Source of the DNA: Antedon mediterranea
Lineage: Eukaryota; Animalia; Echinodermata
Reading direction: 5' to 3'
Length of the DNA stretch: 64,000 bases
NCBI RefSeq assembly: GCF_964355755.1
Contig: NC_092671.1
Span: 37,272,304 to 37,336,303, forward strand
A program made the position numbers and the translations under genes. Below the pieces are notes generated by a model. It searched no databases, was not told the DNA's origin, and saw only the letters and a program-made list of their open reading frames with translations. Shown here piece by piece: positions 12,864 to 25,700 of this stretch (its first letter is position 1; every line of letters begins with the position of its first letter).

Positions 12864-13473
12864 GTGTCCTCTGAATAGTATTAAAATAGTAAACATATTA
12901 TTACCCAATCGGTCGTTTCGCGGGAAAGTGTCCCCTTAGTGGGGGTATCCCGTTTAGGGGGTCACAAATGAGGGGTTCTACTGTAATTAAGAAACCTGTG
13001 TAAATTAAACAACAATTCCAAGTTAAAGATCTTAAAGTTACTGTATCATGTTATCTGTATAATATTTGATAATGTATACCCCCCCCCCCCCACACATTAG
13101 AATACACAGTACGTAATAAAAGATATTAATGTGTAGATTAAAATAAAAAATTGAAAGTAGAAATATTAAATATTAAACATCCAATTTGTATACACTATAT
13201 TAAAATAAGGTCATGTGATTGTGTCTTACGTAGTTAAATGTAAAACAAATATTTTTTATTAATTTTATATTTAAACAAAAATTAATATGCAAAAATATTT
13301 AGATAACAACAGAAAATTTAACTACACAATTTAAACAATAAAGACATAAATGGTCATAATTTTGTTTGTGGAAACATGCTTTAATAATGTGATTGTTCCT
13401 GGTCTGTTCTGATTACGAACATTTAACAGAAATTTATCAATTATCTGGATGCATAAATTTTTTTATGTTTTGT

Positions 13474-13477
<4 letters not shown>

Positions 13478-13508
<31 letters not shown>

Positions 13509-13985
13509 TCAGTATATTACACAGAGGCGCCTTACAAGATGGAACCATCTTAGCTTCAAGGCGCCTCAGATTAACAAATACAACATTTTAAAACAACTAA
13601 CAGAAACATCAATTAAATCTTCCAGAATTAACAAGAAATTGTTGTACATAATAAAATAATAAAGCATTTTCACAATTCGAAAGAAGATCGGAACCAAAAA
13701 TAAAAATTTCACTTAAAAATGTAAAATTAAATGTTAAAGAAAAATCCTTGGCTAAGATATCCTCAATAATTGAGTTAGCGCTTACAAGTAGAATATCTCT
13801 TTGTGTATTATAATTAGGGCAGTAACATAAGAAATGAAGCGGATTCTCAACATTAAAGCCACAAGTACAATTTGGATTGTCCCGAAGTCCATGTAAGAAT
13901 AAATGCGAATTGAGACAGCTGAAACCAAGTCGGATTCTAGTGTGAATTTGGTTAATCTTCTTATCACCTGTATCATAATAAGAAC
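13478..13985 (-). mobile_element. 3' end of a LINE (C-terminal CCHC knuckle, stem-loop, poly(A)) with 11-bp TSD
   Basis: Minus-strand translation HTRIRLGFSCLNSHLF..NCTCG..ENPLHFLCYCPNY; hairpin gaggcgcctt..aaggcgcctc; ~29-nt poly(T) on +; GTTTTGTAGTT at 13467-13477 and 13986-13996; absent in copy A. Confidence 0.88.
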
Positions 13986-13999
13986 GTTTTGTAGTTAAT

Positions 14000-16168
14000 T
14001 TAATAATTAAATAATTTTACATTGTTTGGTACATGATTTGCAACTACAACTCTCCTTGGTCTTTGTGAGATTACAGCAATCCCTGCTGGAACATCCAACC
14101 CATCATCTTCGTTATCTATTCGTTTAATGAACTTACCATTTTGATCAAATAGTTGTAGTTTATGATTACTGGATACTATCATATTCCCATCCATATCTAT
14201 GGTTATACCACAAGGAGCCAAGACTTTACCATCTTCTTGACCACAGCCTACAAGAATCTTTATCAGCTTATCATTAGCATCAAACATTTGTATTCTCTTA
14301 TTATCATGATCAGCAACAATCACATGACCATTCTTTGTTACAGCAACATCATCTGGTTGTTTCATTTGACCTGCTTCTCTACCTTCAGAACCTATCTTAC
14401 CCAGTAGACTACCATCATCAATATTGAATTTAAACACACAGTGACATTCACGGTCTGCTATATATAATATCCTGGTCTGTTGGTTTACTGTTACTCCATC
14501 AGGATATTTTAATACTCTTTTACCAAAGGTTCGGATTTCATGATATTGATTATCACACATTACAACACATTTACCTAAATGGTCACAATATACCATGGTA
14601 CCATTGCCTATTTTATGCATGCGAGTGACTTGTACATTTTGTGGTATTTGTATCTTAGAAACAAAACCACCTGATTGATCAAACTTTATTAGATCTTTAC
14701 TGCCACTTGACACTAACATACATCCATCACTATCCAATACTACATCTGTCACTTTGTTTGTTTTCGAATGTTCTTTATACTCTGATATGTTATCTATGGT
14801 ATGTACAAGTCCAACAGGTTCCACCTTGATACTCACTGGTGAACCTATGACATGTGACATATCTCCATCAGTGATATCCATGTGCCAGTCTCCTTCCAAA
14901 TCACATCTACCTGTTACGGTGTACTGTCCCTTTCTGCGTTTTACTTCAGTGGCTGATTTCGCACCTGATGAGTTGCTTAGTGTGGCTGTTAATTGAGCAA
15001 CATCACTCTCTGCTAGACTTGATACTTTAACACTAAATGGCTGTCCTTTTGTAACTGAAATGTTCTCATCTTCCTTATTAACATTGTGTACACCACCAAC
15101 AGTGATAAGTCTACCAACACCTTCGTGATTCATCAACTCAACCAGATGTGGAGATGGAATAAACTTTAGTGTAATTCTTGTTTTAGTAAATGATTTGTCC
15201 AATTCATCCGCTGCAGCGTCATTCTCAACTACAGTGATAGTCGTCTGGTATGATGCAAGGTTTTCTGTTTCTGTTGGTTTATTCATTGTTTTCTTGATTG
15301 ATTCCATCAACGTGTTTACTTGTGTCAGCTTGAATTCAATACTTTTAACTTGACGATCGATAACTTTGCTTTGTTCTTTATAAATCTGTGTAAGATTTGC
15401 CATCATTATCTTCGTTTCTTCCTTCACCTTTCTGATAATTGTCTTCTCGTGAATTTCAATCGCTGTTCTGCTTAACTTCAAATTAGATTCAAACTCTGAT
15501 CTCTCTTTAGTAATAACATCTAATCTCTCTTTTAGTTTTCTCTTAATGCCTTCAGCTGTCTTCATAGTTTCAGTAACAGTTTTGTTGATGTCATTCAGAG
15601 CTGTCTCCATTGGTATCACCTTATGTTGATTTCTATAACAACTGAGAATATGTTTGCAATCTTCACATGCAGGAAGTTTACATGTACGACAGTAATCTTC
15701 CAGTTTTTTATCCGGGTGATTTTGGCAGTTTAGTGAATCTTCACTTTTTTCTTCTATGTCTGTATCCAGTGTGTATAGTGAATGGTTTGCCAGCGCAGGG
15801 AACATCTTGTGCTGTTGGATGCATTGTCGACACATATACATTTCACATTCAGAGCAGTAGTCCTGAGGTTGATTCGCACATCTTGAGCATGTTTCTGGTT
15901 TTTCAGATTCAATCTTCTCAACGTATTCAACTAGGTAACTGATTGTTTCATTGCACTTCAAATGTTTTAAATCACCATCTTTAAGATCGTACGTCTGACG
16001 ACATTTTGGACATCGTATCTTGCCGTGTCTTCTCATCAAATCTTGCAGGCAGTTAAGACAGTAAATGTGAAGACAGTTAAGCGCCTTTGGATCTGTGAAT
16101 CTTTGTAGACAGATTGAACATTCCAGATCTCTTTTGTCAAAAAACTTTAATACTGTTTTAGCAGACAT
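14000..16168 (-). CDS. TRIM-NHL E3 ubiquitin ligase, copy B
   Basis: 722-aa ORF, colinear without indels with copy A, roughly 88% identical by manual count; same domains and same acceptor-adjacent ATG. Confidence 0.93.
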   Translation of the reverse strand: MSAKTVLKFFDKRDLECSICLQRFTDPKALNCLHIYCLNCLQDLMRRHGKIRCPKCRQTYDLKDGDLKHLKCNETISYLVEYVEKIESEKPETCSRCANQPQDYCSECEMYMCRQCIQQHKMFPALANHSLYTLDTDIEEKSEDSLNCQNHPDKKLEDYCRTCKLPACEDCKHILSCYRNQHKVIPMETALNDINKTVTETMKTAEGIKRKLKERLDVITKERSEFESNLKLSRTAIEIHEKTIIRKVKEETKIMMANLTQIYKEQSKVIDRQVKSIEFKLTQVNTLMESIKKTMNKPTETENLASYQTTITVVENDAAADELDKSFTKTRITLKFIPSPHLVELMNHEGVGRLITVGGVHNVNKEDENISVTKGQPFSVKVSSLAESDVAQLTATLSNSSGAKSATEVKRRKGQYTVTGRCDLEGDWHMDITDGDMSHVIGSPVSIKVEPVGLVHTIDNISEYKEHSKTNKVTDVVLDSDGCMLVSSGSKDLIKFDQSGGFVSKIQIPQNVQVTRMHKIGNGTMVYCDHLGKCVVMCDNQYHEIRTFGKRVLKYPDGVTVNQQTRILYIADRECHCVFKFNIDDGSLLGKIGSEGREAGQMKQPDDVAVTKNGHVIVADHDNKRIQMFDANDKLIKILVGCGQEDGKVLAPCGITIDMDGNMIVSSNHKLQLFDQNGKFIKRIDNEDDGLDVPAGIAVISQRPRRVVVANHVPNNVKLFNY

Positions 16169-17579
16169 CTGTAAAATACAATACAGTATTTTTTCAGTTA
16201 GTGTAAACTATAAGATGTATTCCAGAAGGAAGGACAGAGTGTGAGGATGATCAACATAACCCTAATGTGGGCTTTGTTGGCTAAGAAAGAAAATAAGAAA
16301 ATGGTTTCTAAAAATGTCTACAATTAAAAAGAAAAGCAACCAACATAACAGTAATCTCTGCAACGAACATAACAGTAACCTCTGTCAATTTACGAAAACA
16401 ACAAAATCTAAACCATCACCGCTATAATAATACAAAGATAAACAAATATATACATAGTGAATGTTTATGATTTGAATGGGGTTAATTTTAATGATTTTAA
16501 AAATTGAGGCTGTCACGAATACAACATTCGTTATTTGCTTCATAACTGTCACACATTGTCTAACAACTTTTATTCAATTTCATGTATTGTAAATGGCGAC
16601 ACCACGCAGTAGATATCAAGTCGGATTTCACAAATATAACCCAACCTATCGTATCGAATACAATTATAAAAATGTTTACACAAAGCTAAGAAGAGTGGCC
16701 TACAATAGTAGGGACTACCTTCAATCATTACAATGAGAGAAAATAATACATAGCTGGATACAAAGATATTTTCCATGTGTGTTATAATACACATTGTATA
16801 TAGAACCTTATTTTATTATAGAACAAGTTATTACTTACTTTGAAAATGTTGTAAACTTCAAAAGATTGTAAATATTCAGACGAACCTTCTACTTGTGTTC
16901 CTATTGTCTGTTGTGTATTAGCCAATGTACCTTCTGGCCTTCAAATATTGTTATTGAACATTCTTTCATCCAGTAGACTGGAGATATGTACCATCCACTT
17001 GCGATCAGTTGAATGTGTGTAGGTGTTAAGGGTGTATTGCACACTTCAAGGTACCAAGTTCACTGCAAAGTACACATATCTTGATATATATTTAGAGAAT
17101 CAGGGTAGTGAGTTAACAAAAAACAAACTTCGTTGTTTGCTCTTTTGCGTAATTGTGAAATAGAGGTAAACAAAAGTCTGGTTCTGATTAGACTTGCTTT
17201 ATGTATTTGTGTTTGCCGCTTAGCAACAAGATAAAATAAAGCATCGTCATCAAAATGTGTTATCAAAGTTTATAGATTAAATTGTGTAGACCAATAGATT
17301 TATCACGTAACCAGATCCATGGATTTAATATTAACCTTTTATTTGTATTTCAATCAACAAATGTGTTATAGCCTAAAATAAGAATAAGGCTATTAAATGA
17401 ATGAATGTTTGTTTAAAACTATGTCCTACTAGGTGCATGTTTTATTACAGTATTTTTTCTGCAGTTTTTTCCAATTGTAAAACCAATCTTTCAATTTACA
17501 CAAACAATTAACTCGTTGAATGAGTAATGTTCGTGATATGTTTTATAACACACCTGAACTAAGGTAAATTAAAATTCAT

Positions 17580-17935
17580 GTAAATGGCGAGCATGCGCAG
17601 TCATATACAGCGGAATCACGCATTACCAATCACTTATTTTGATTTGAAGTAAAAATTGAAAAAGCTAAAACTTCAATCTTGTTTTATAACACACCTAAAC
17701 AAAGTTTAAATTCAAATTCATTGTAAATGGCGAGCATGCGCAGTCATATACAACGGAATCGCGCATTACCTATGACTTATTTTGATTTGAAGTGAAAATT
17801 GAAAAAGCTAAAACTTCAATCTTGTTTTATAACACACCTAAACAAAGTTTAAATTCAAATTCATTGTAAATGGCGAGCATGCAGTCATATACAGCGCAAT
17901 CACGCATTACCAACATCACTTATTTTGAATTGAAA
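17580..17935. repeat. ~120-145-bp tandem repeat (3 copies; 2 copies in unit A at ~8428-8636)
   Basis: Recurring aaatggcgagcatgcgcagtcatatacagcggaatcacgcattacc. Confidence 0.75.
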
Positions 17936-18518
17936 AAACTAAAATTCAATCGTTAAAATAATAGGCCTACATAGCGTAGCATAATGAGCGATACAACACC
18001 AACCAATCAAATGACAAAGACATGCATAGGTGTGCTCTGTAGGCCTAATACAACAAATTGTATAAAACCTCATTTTTACAACATAATATTGTAGAGGAAC
18101 TATTACTTACATTTAAAATGTCGCAGATGTCTTTCTTTTTTAATGTTGACTGAAAATATTCAGGCGAACCTTCTACTTGTGTTCCCGTCTGATGTGTTTT
18201 AGCCAAATATACCTTGGTCTCCTTCAACTAGTTTTATTCAACGTTATTTTCTATATAGGTGTATATCTTCTGCGATCAGTTGAATATGTGAAGGATATTT
18301 TCAGGTAATACGTCTGTTAAAAGATGTATTGCACAATGTCAGGTACCAAGTTCACTGCAATGTACATAGATATATAACGTTGTATTTGGATAACCAGGGT
18401 AATAGTACTGTAGTATTAAGAACTTTGCTCGTTTGCGAACATTTTAATTTATTAAGTAAATATAGGTAGACAAGCCGGTTTTTTTTCATCATATCATCTT
18501 AAGTAATAGTAGTAGTAA

Positions 18519-21500
18519 TAGTAACCAGCTATGTCGAAAAATAAAAGGGTCGAAATGTGGTAATTTTTCGTAAAATTCCCTGTACTATAGTAAAGGAATT
18601 TTTTTCGAAAATGGCCAAAATATCTACTTTTTCAAATTCATTTATTATGCAATAATATTGCTATATATGCACATACATTGCGTTATCATCATCTTATAGA
18701 GTCATAGTAACCAGTTATGTCGAAAAATAAAAGGGTCGAAATTTGGTAATTTTTCGTAAAATTCCCTGTACTATAGTAAAGGGATTTTTTTCGAAAATGG
18801 CCAAAATATCGACTTTTTCAAATTCATTTATTATGCAATAATATTGCTATATATGATCATACATTGCATTATCATCATCTTATAGAGTCATAGTAACCAG
18901 TTATGTCGAAAAATAAAAGGGTCGAAATTTGGTAATTTTTCGTAAAATTCCCTGTACTATAGTAAAGGGATTTTTTTCGAAAATGGCCAAAATATCTACT
19001 TTTTCAAATTCATTTATTATGCAATTATATTGCTATATATGCACATACATTGCGTTATCATCATCTTATAGAGTCATAGTAACCAGTTATGTCGAAAAAT
19101 AAAAGGGTCGAAATTTGGTAATTTTTCGAAAATTTCCCTATAGGCCTACAGGGATTTTTCCAAAAATGACCAAAATATCGACTTTTTAAAATTGAATTAT
19201 TATGCAATAATATTGCTATATATGATCATACATTGCATTATCATCATCTTATAGAGTCATAGTAACCAGTTATGTCGAAAAATAAAAGGGTCGAAATTTG
19301 GTAATTTTTTGAAAAATTCCCTGTACTATAATAGTACAGGGATTTTTTCGAAAATGGCCAAAATATCGACTTTTTCAAATTCATTTATTATGCAATAATA
19401 TTGCTATATATGCACATACATTGCGTTATCATCATCTTATAGAGTCATAGTAACCAGTTATGTCGAAAAATAAAAGGGTCGAAATTTGGTAATTTTTCGA
19501 AAATTTCCCTATAGGCCTACAGGGATTTTTCCAAAAATGACCAAAATATCGACTTTTTAAAATTCAATTATTATGCAATAATATTGCTATATATGATCAT
19601 ACATTGCATTATCATCATCTTATAGAGTCATAGTAACCAGTTATGTCGAAAAATAAAAGGGTCGAAATTTGGTAATTTTTCGTAAAATTCCTTGTAAAGA
19701 GATTTTTTTCGAAAATGGCCAAAATATCTACTTTTTCAAATTCATTTATTATGCAATAATATTGCTATATATGCACATACATTGCGTTATCATCATCTTA
19801 TAGAGTCATAGTAACCAGTTATGTCGAAAAATAAAAGGGTCGAAATTTGGTAATTTTTCGAAAATTTCCCTATAGGCCTACAGGGATTTTTCCAAAAATG
19901 ACCAAAATATCGACTTTTTAAAATTCAATTATTATGCAATAATATTGCTATATATGATCATACATTGCATTATCATCATCTTATAGAGTCATAGTAACCA
20001 GTTATGTCGAAAAATAAAAGGATCGAAATTTGGTAATTTTTCGAAAAATTCCCTGTACTATAATAGTACAGGGATTTTTTCGAAAATGGCCAAAATATCG
20101 ACTTTTTCAAATTCATTTATTATGCAATAATATTGCTATATATGCACATACATTGCGTTATCATCATCTTATAGAGTCATAGTAACCAGTTATGTCGAAA
20201 AATAAAAGGGTCGAAATTTGGTAATTTTTCGTAAAATTCCCTGTACTATAGTAAAGGGATTTTTTTCGAAAATGGCCAAAATATCTACTTTTTCAAATTC
20301 ATTTATTATGCAATAATATTGCTATATACGCACATACATTGCGTTATCATTATCTTATAGAGTCATAGTAACCAGTTATGTCGAAAAATAAAAGGGTCGA
20401 AATTTGGTAATTTTTCGTAAAATTCCCTGTACTATAGTAAAGGGATTTTTTTCGAAAATGGCCAAAATATCTACTTTTTCAAATTCATTTATTATGCAAT
20501 TATATTGCTATATATGCACATACATTGCGTTATCATCATCTTATAGAGTCATAGTAACCAGTTATGTCGAAAAATAAAAGGGTCGAAATTTGGTAATTTT
20601 TCGAAAATTTCCCTATAGGCCTACAGGGATTTTTCCAAAAATGACCAAAATATCGACTTTTTAAAATTGAATTATTATGCAATAATATTGCTATATATGA
20701 TCATACATTGCATTATCATCATCTTATAGAGTCATAGTAACCAGTTATGTCGAAAAATAAAAGGGTTGAAATTTGGTAATTTTTCGAAAATTTCCCTATA
20801 GGCCTACAGGGATTTTTCCAAAAATGACCAAAATATCGACTTTTTAAAATTCAATTATTATGCAATAATATTGCTATATATGATCATACATTGCATTATC
20901 ATCATCTTATAGAGTCATAGTAACCAGTTATGTCGAAAAATAAAAGGATCGAAATTTGGTAATTTTTCGAAAAATTCCCTGTACTATAATAGTACAGGGA
21001 TTTTTTCGAAAATGGCCAAAATATCGACTTTTTCAAATTCATTTATTATGCAATTATATTGCTATATATGCACATACATTGCGTTATCATCATCTTATAG
21101 AGTCATAGTAACCAGTTATGTCGAAAAATAAAAGGGTCGAAATTTGGTAATTTTTCGAAAATTTCCCTATAGGCCTACAGGGATTTTTCCAAAAATGACC
21201 AAAATATCGACTTTTTAAAATTGAATTATTATGCAATAATATTGCTATATATGATCATACATTGCATTATCATCATCTTATAGAGTCATAGTAACCAGTT
21301 ATGTCGAAAAATAAAAGGGTTGAAATTTGGTAATTTTTCGAAAATTTCCCTATAGGCCTACAGGGATTTTTCCAAAAATGACCAAAATATCGACTTTTTA
21401 AAATTCAATTATTATGCAATAATATTGCTATATATGATCATACATTGCATTATCATCATCTTATAGAGTCATAGTAACCAGTTATGTCGAAAAATAAAAG

Positions 21501-21920
21501 GGTCGAAATTTGGTAATTTTTCGTAAAATTCCCTGTACTATAGTAAAGGGATTTTTTTCGAAAATGGCCAAAATATCTACTTTTTCAAATTCATTTATTA
21601 TGCAATTATATTGCTATATATGCACATACATTGCGTTATCATCATCTTATAGAGTCATAGTAACCAGTTATGTCGAAAAATAAAAGGGTCGAAATTTGGT
21701 AATTTTTCGAAAATTTCCCTATAGGCCTACAGGGATTTTTCCAAAAATGACCAAAATATCGACTTTTTAAAATTGAATTATTATGCAATAATATTGCTAT
21801 ATATGCACATACATTGCGTTATCATTATCTTATAGAGTCATAGTAACCAGTTATGTCGAAAAATAAAAGGGTCGAAATTTGGTAATTTTTCGTAAAATTC
21901 CCTGTACTATAGTAAAGGGA
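18519..21920. repeat. ~183-188-bp satellite, 18 full units plus a partial
   Basis: Units start tagtaaccagttatgtcgaaaaataaaagggtcg at 18519, 18705, 18891, 19077, 19260 ... 21841. Confidence 0.97.
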
Positions 21921-22294
21921 ATTATGTCCAAAAATAAAAGGACAATAATAACCAATTATGTCAAAAATATTAGTATAGTACACATATTAAATTATAGTTT
22001 TTCAATAATATATTAATTACAAGTTTTAATGAACACCTGCCGTTACTTCTACAAATTTACTATAACATAATATACCTACTATAAATGTTTCCACATATGA
22101 ATCTATCTCAGATTTAAGCATAATTTATATAGATATCAATATTTTATACAATACATCATCAGACTGTAAATATATATATATATATAAACATCACAGCCAC
22201 AGAATAAATTCTAAACCGGCCAGTGATATACTGAAATTTAATTAATTAATTTGAAACGATAAAGATGAGGAAATCTGTGAGAATGAGAAAAAGT

Positions 22295-22367
22295 CACCCC
22301 AACCGAGACTCGAACCGGGAACCTTCTGCTTGATATGCAGATATCTTTACCATTAGACCACTGGGGC
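22295..22367 (-). mobile_element. tRNA-derived sequence (pseudo-tRNA or SINE head)
   Basis: rc GCCCCAGTGGTCTAATGGTAAAGATA TCTGC ATATCAA GCAGA AGGTTCCCGGTTCGAGTCTCGGTTGGGGTG: A and B boxes and a cloverleaf, but mismatched T-stem and atypical anticodon loop. Confidence 0.7.
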
Positions 22368-22542
22368 TTTCATGGTATTGTTCAAACCCGATTGGATAGC
22401 GACTCTTTAATATTCTTGAGGTGGTATAAATTTATGTGTTATTCATTTTAATGTTGTGAAATGATTTTAATGTTTATATTGAATTTCTGAGATCTATACA
22501 TGTTACAGAGAGGAATATTGTACTGATTTACCCATATAATTG

Positions 22543-22737
22543 TCAGAATAATATATTTAAATATTTTGGAAACACGCCGAACGCTTTGCAATTTTTAAAG
22601 TATTTTATATCAGCTTCTGCTTTTGCGGATTTTTTCGAAAGCCTTTCCAAGTTCCGTAAGTCCTTGATTGACAGCAAAGTGCTTCCGACAGTTGGAAAAG
22701 TTCTCAAAAAAATCTGTAAAAGCAGTAGCTGATACAA
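22543..22737 (-). mobile_element. Fragment resembling the N-terminus of a Penelope-like element ORF
   Basis: DLRNLERLSKKSAKAEADIKYFKNCKAFGVFPKYL matches the recalled LRKLEKL..K..DI.F..C...VFPKFL pattern; no RT follows. Confidence 0.55.
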
Positions 22738-22788
22738 ACTACCTAAAAAATTGATTTAAAGGTGAAAAAATAAATCATGATATAATTT

Positions 22789-25700
22789 CTATGCATTTTT
22801 AAGTGTAATCTTAACATCCCAAGGGTAGCTGTCCATATCATTTAGGCCCATCCTGAACAGCTGTGTGTGTTGCCATGCAACGTCACCTTTACCTCCGCTT
22901 AGCACGGCTTTTAACGTAACTACTCTAGCTCCATTTATTTCAGTGATTCGTGCAGACTGTCCATCTGAAATTTACGAATATCAAAATTGAAGATTTATTT
23001 TATATATTTATGTTTCTTGTATTGAATTGAAATATTTTATTTATACTGGGCGACCTCTTCAGTCAAAGACTGGTCTCCCAGAGGGTCGTTTATGATCAGT
23101 GACTGTGATGTACTAGTAAACCAGGGTAACTCCCTACTTGTCTTGAAAGATGTACTAGGGTCTTTAAAGTGTACATCAGGTGGATGTGTACACCGGGCAT
23201 ACAATTTAGAGTCATTATCCGAGAAGAAAAATTGTTCTACCACCAGAACCATGGAGCGAGGAAGCCTCAAACCCTTGCCGATGTTATGGCTACGTAATTA
23301 CGGTTCCAATGTCTTAACCAATCGGCCACTCACTCACTTGATCTTTGTAACTGATTAGACATATTGAACTTCTAGATGAGATAGAATTAATATGGAATAT
23401 TAAGCTTTATTGATAGTTAATTTTAAAAATATAAACCTACCTCCTTGAAGTAATACACAAGTTTCTCCATCACACAATGTCCAAACAATCCTGCCAGACT
23501 CAAATGTTGTACTAACCAGCTTAACATCAATGTGCTCTACCACTAACCCAGTGTTGGATACATCAAACCTCCAGCTAATGGCTGCTTCTGAAGGACCTCC
23601 TCGTGCTAGATACACCTGAAGTTAATAAAGTAGTATAGTACTGTCAGTGGGGTTGTATGTAGATATAGACAGATTAACTTTATTAGATGTAATTGTAAAA
23701 AAATAAAGCTCTGTCCTCACTATCAAACTGGTTTGACAATAAAAAGTGTGATGTGCCCAAGTATGGTAGTGATATTCCCAAATAGTGATATGAAATCATC
23801 ATGTCCGTATATGGGCACATGACATTTTTTTGTCACATAAAGGTTTCTAGTGTAGACAGAGCTTAGTGAATTGTACTTGGAACGAAACATAATATATTTT
23901 TGGAAATGACGCTGGATTAAGATGCAAGTTATGAATTTCAATTCCTGTCGGATAAATAAAACAACTTGACGTCCAAATATATTTTTATATGGGGGGAAAA
24001 ATCATTAAAAAAATTTAATTAAAAAAAATTCAAAAAATAGATTAAAAATAAATCAAAAATCCAAACAATCAAAGCTAAACCCAACAACAGCTGTGAATAC
24101 TGCCACCACTAGTTCCGTGACAATCAACATAATTGTGAGAACTCATAAAAACATAACAAATCTCACAAAATGAAGATACTACCTAGTGCAAGTTTGTCTT
24201 GCTTGGAAACAGTATTTATAAACGTATGATAACGTTACCGACCTTCTTCCAATCATATTCTTCTTTTAAATTTATATTGCTCATTGTAAACACGCCACTC
24301 TCCCAGTCTTCAAGCTCAGTATTGCCATTGGATACACGTCTGTAGATGTTACTAGACGGCGAATATTGCACATGTAGTGTTTTACTCGTCTTTTCCATTT
24401 CTGTCGGTTCAAACGTGTGACCTGTGCTCTCCTAAGAGAAACAAATAAAGAGTTAACTGGTGTCTTGATATTTGGCATCAGACAGTGTGGCGGGCTGGGT
24501 GAGCAACATTGCACTGCACTGGATCCAGAAAATCCCGAAGGCAAACTTTGGGGACACACTGGGACGGTCGGTGTGAAAGGTACCAATAACACTCTGGAGT
24601 TGTTAGATCAAAAGGTCATCCTCACACGATCAATCATTGCTTTAGTTTTATTTCAATATACTTTTAAATATTTGTATAAAAATATATAGCGGGTCTAAAA
24701 AATAACAAGTAATATCAATGAAACATTATATGACTTAAAAATAATTATTAAATTAAAAATATTATCAATTAAAATGATTCTAATGATCGTCACTATGTAA
24801 ACAAACAAAATAGAGGGTGGTATTTATTTTATAAACCCCGGTGTTGCTAGGTATGTATGAAAGTGGTATCTCCAGAGTTTTTTTTTTCTCTTGCCAATAT
24901 AAAATAAAATAATATGAGTACATTTTCAACATTAAATTCTAAAATGTAAATTAATAAAATTATTACTGTACTATATAAAAATATTTCAGCATACTGGAGA
25001 TATATTATTTAAAAACAGACATGAAATACCACAGGGATACAATCTTTCTTGACATCGCGAATGGTCACAACCCTGTGGTGTCTCCGGAGATCTCTGCATA
25101 GTTTTGGTGTGAAAGGGGTATTACTTACTGATATTGCGTTGGCAGCTCCCTGTGCACCCATTTCTCCTCTAGAACTTCGCCAGGCTACCGAGCCAGATAC
25201 CCTACCCTGCTCTTCACCATCTTGGGCTTTTTTAGTCGCTAAAAACTCTGCAAGTTCCAATGAAAACCTCTTTTTAAGAATTTCTTTTCTAAATGATGAT
25301 ATATTACGTTGCCTCTAAAAACAAAAGGAATTTGATGTAAAATTGAAGAAACACCAACAATTTTAAATTGCATTTAAAACAGCATATCATTTAACTGACA
25401 TAATTATGCACATATTATGAGAACACTTACATGTGTACTTAGCATAAGATACAGTTATGTCAGAGTAGGAAAAACATCTGACTTATTATCTTAGCTCCAC
25501 ACAGCAAACCTATTTCGAAGTAGTTATTCAATCATTACATAGTTACTACCCTCTATCTAAAGCTCTGTCCACACTATCTAACTAGTTTGACAAAATGTGA
25601 TGTACCTAAATATGGTAGTGATATGCTTAAATATGGTAGTGACTTGACATCACCATGTCCATATATGGGCACATTACATTTTTTGTCACATAAAGTTTGA

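Larger units (their letters stand above)
9842..18400. repeat. Segmental duplication unit B (TRIM-NHL locus)
   Basis: Direct repeat of 1055-9051 with two LINE insertions and without the two minisatellite expansions. Confidence 0.9.

Noticed and set aside
22295-22367. Functional tRNA-Asp(ATC) gene
   Set aside because: T-stem mismatch, purine at position 32, and embedded in a dispersed repeat.
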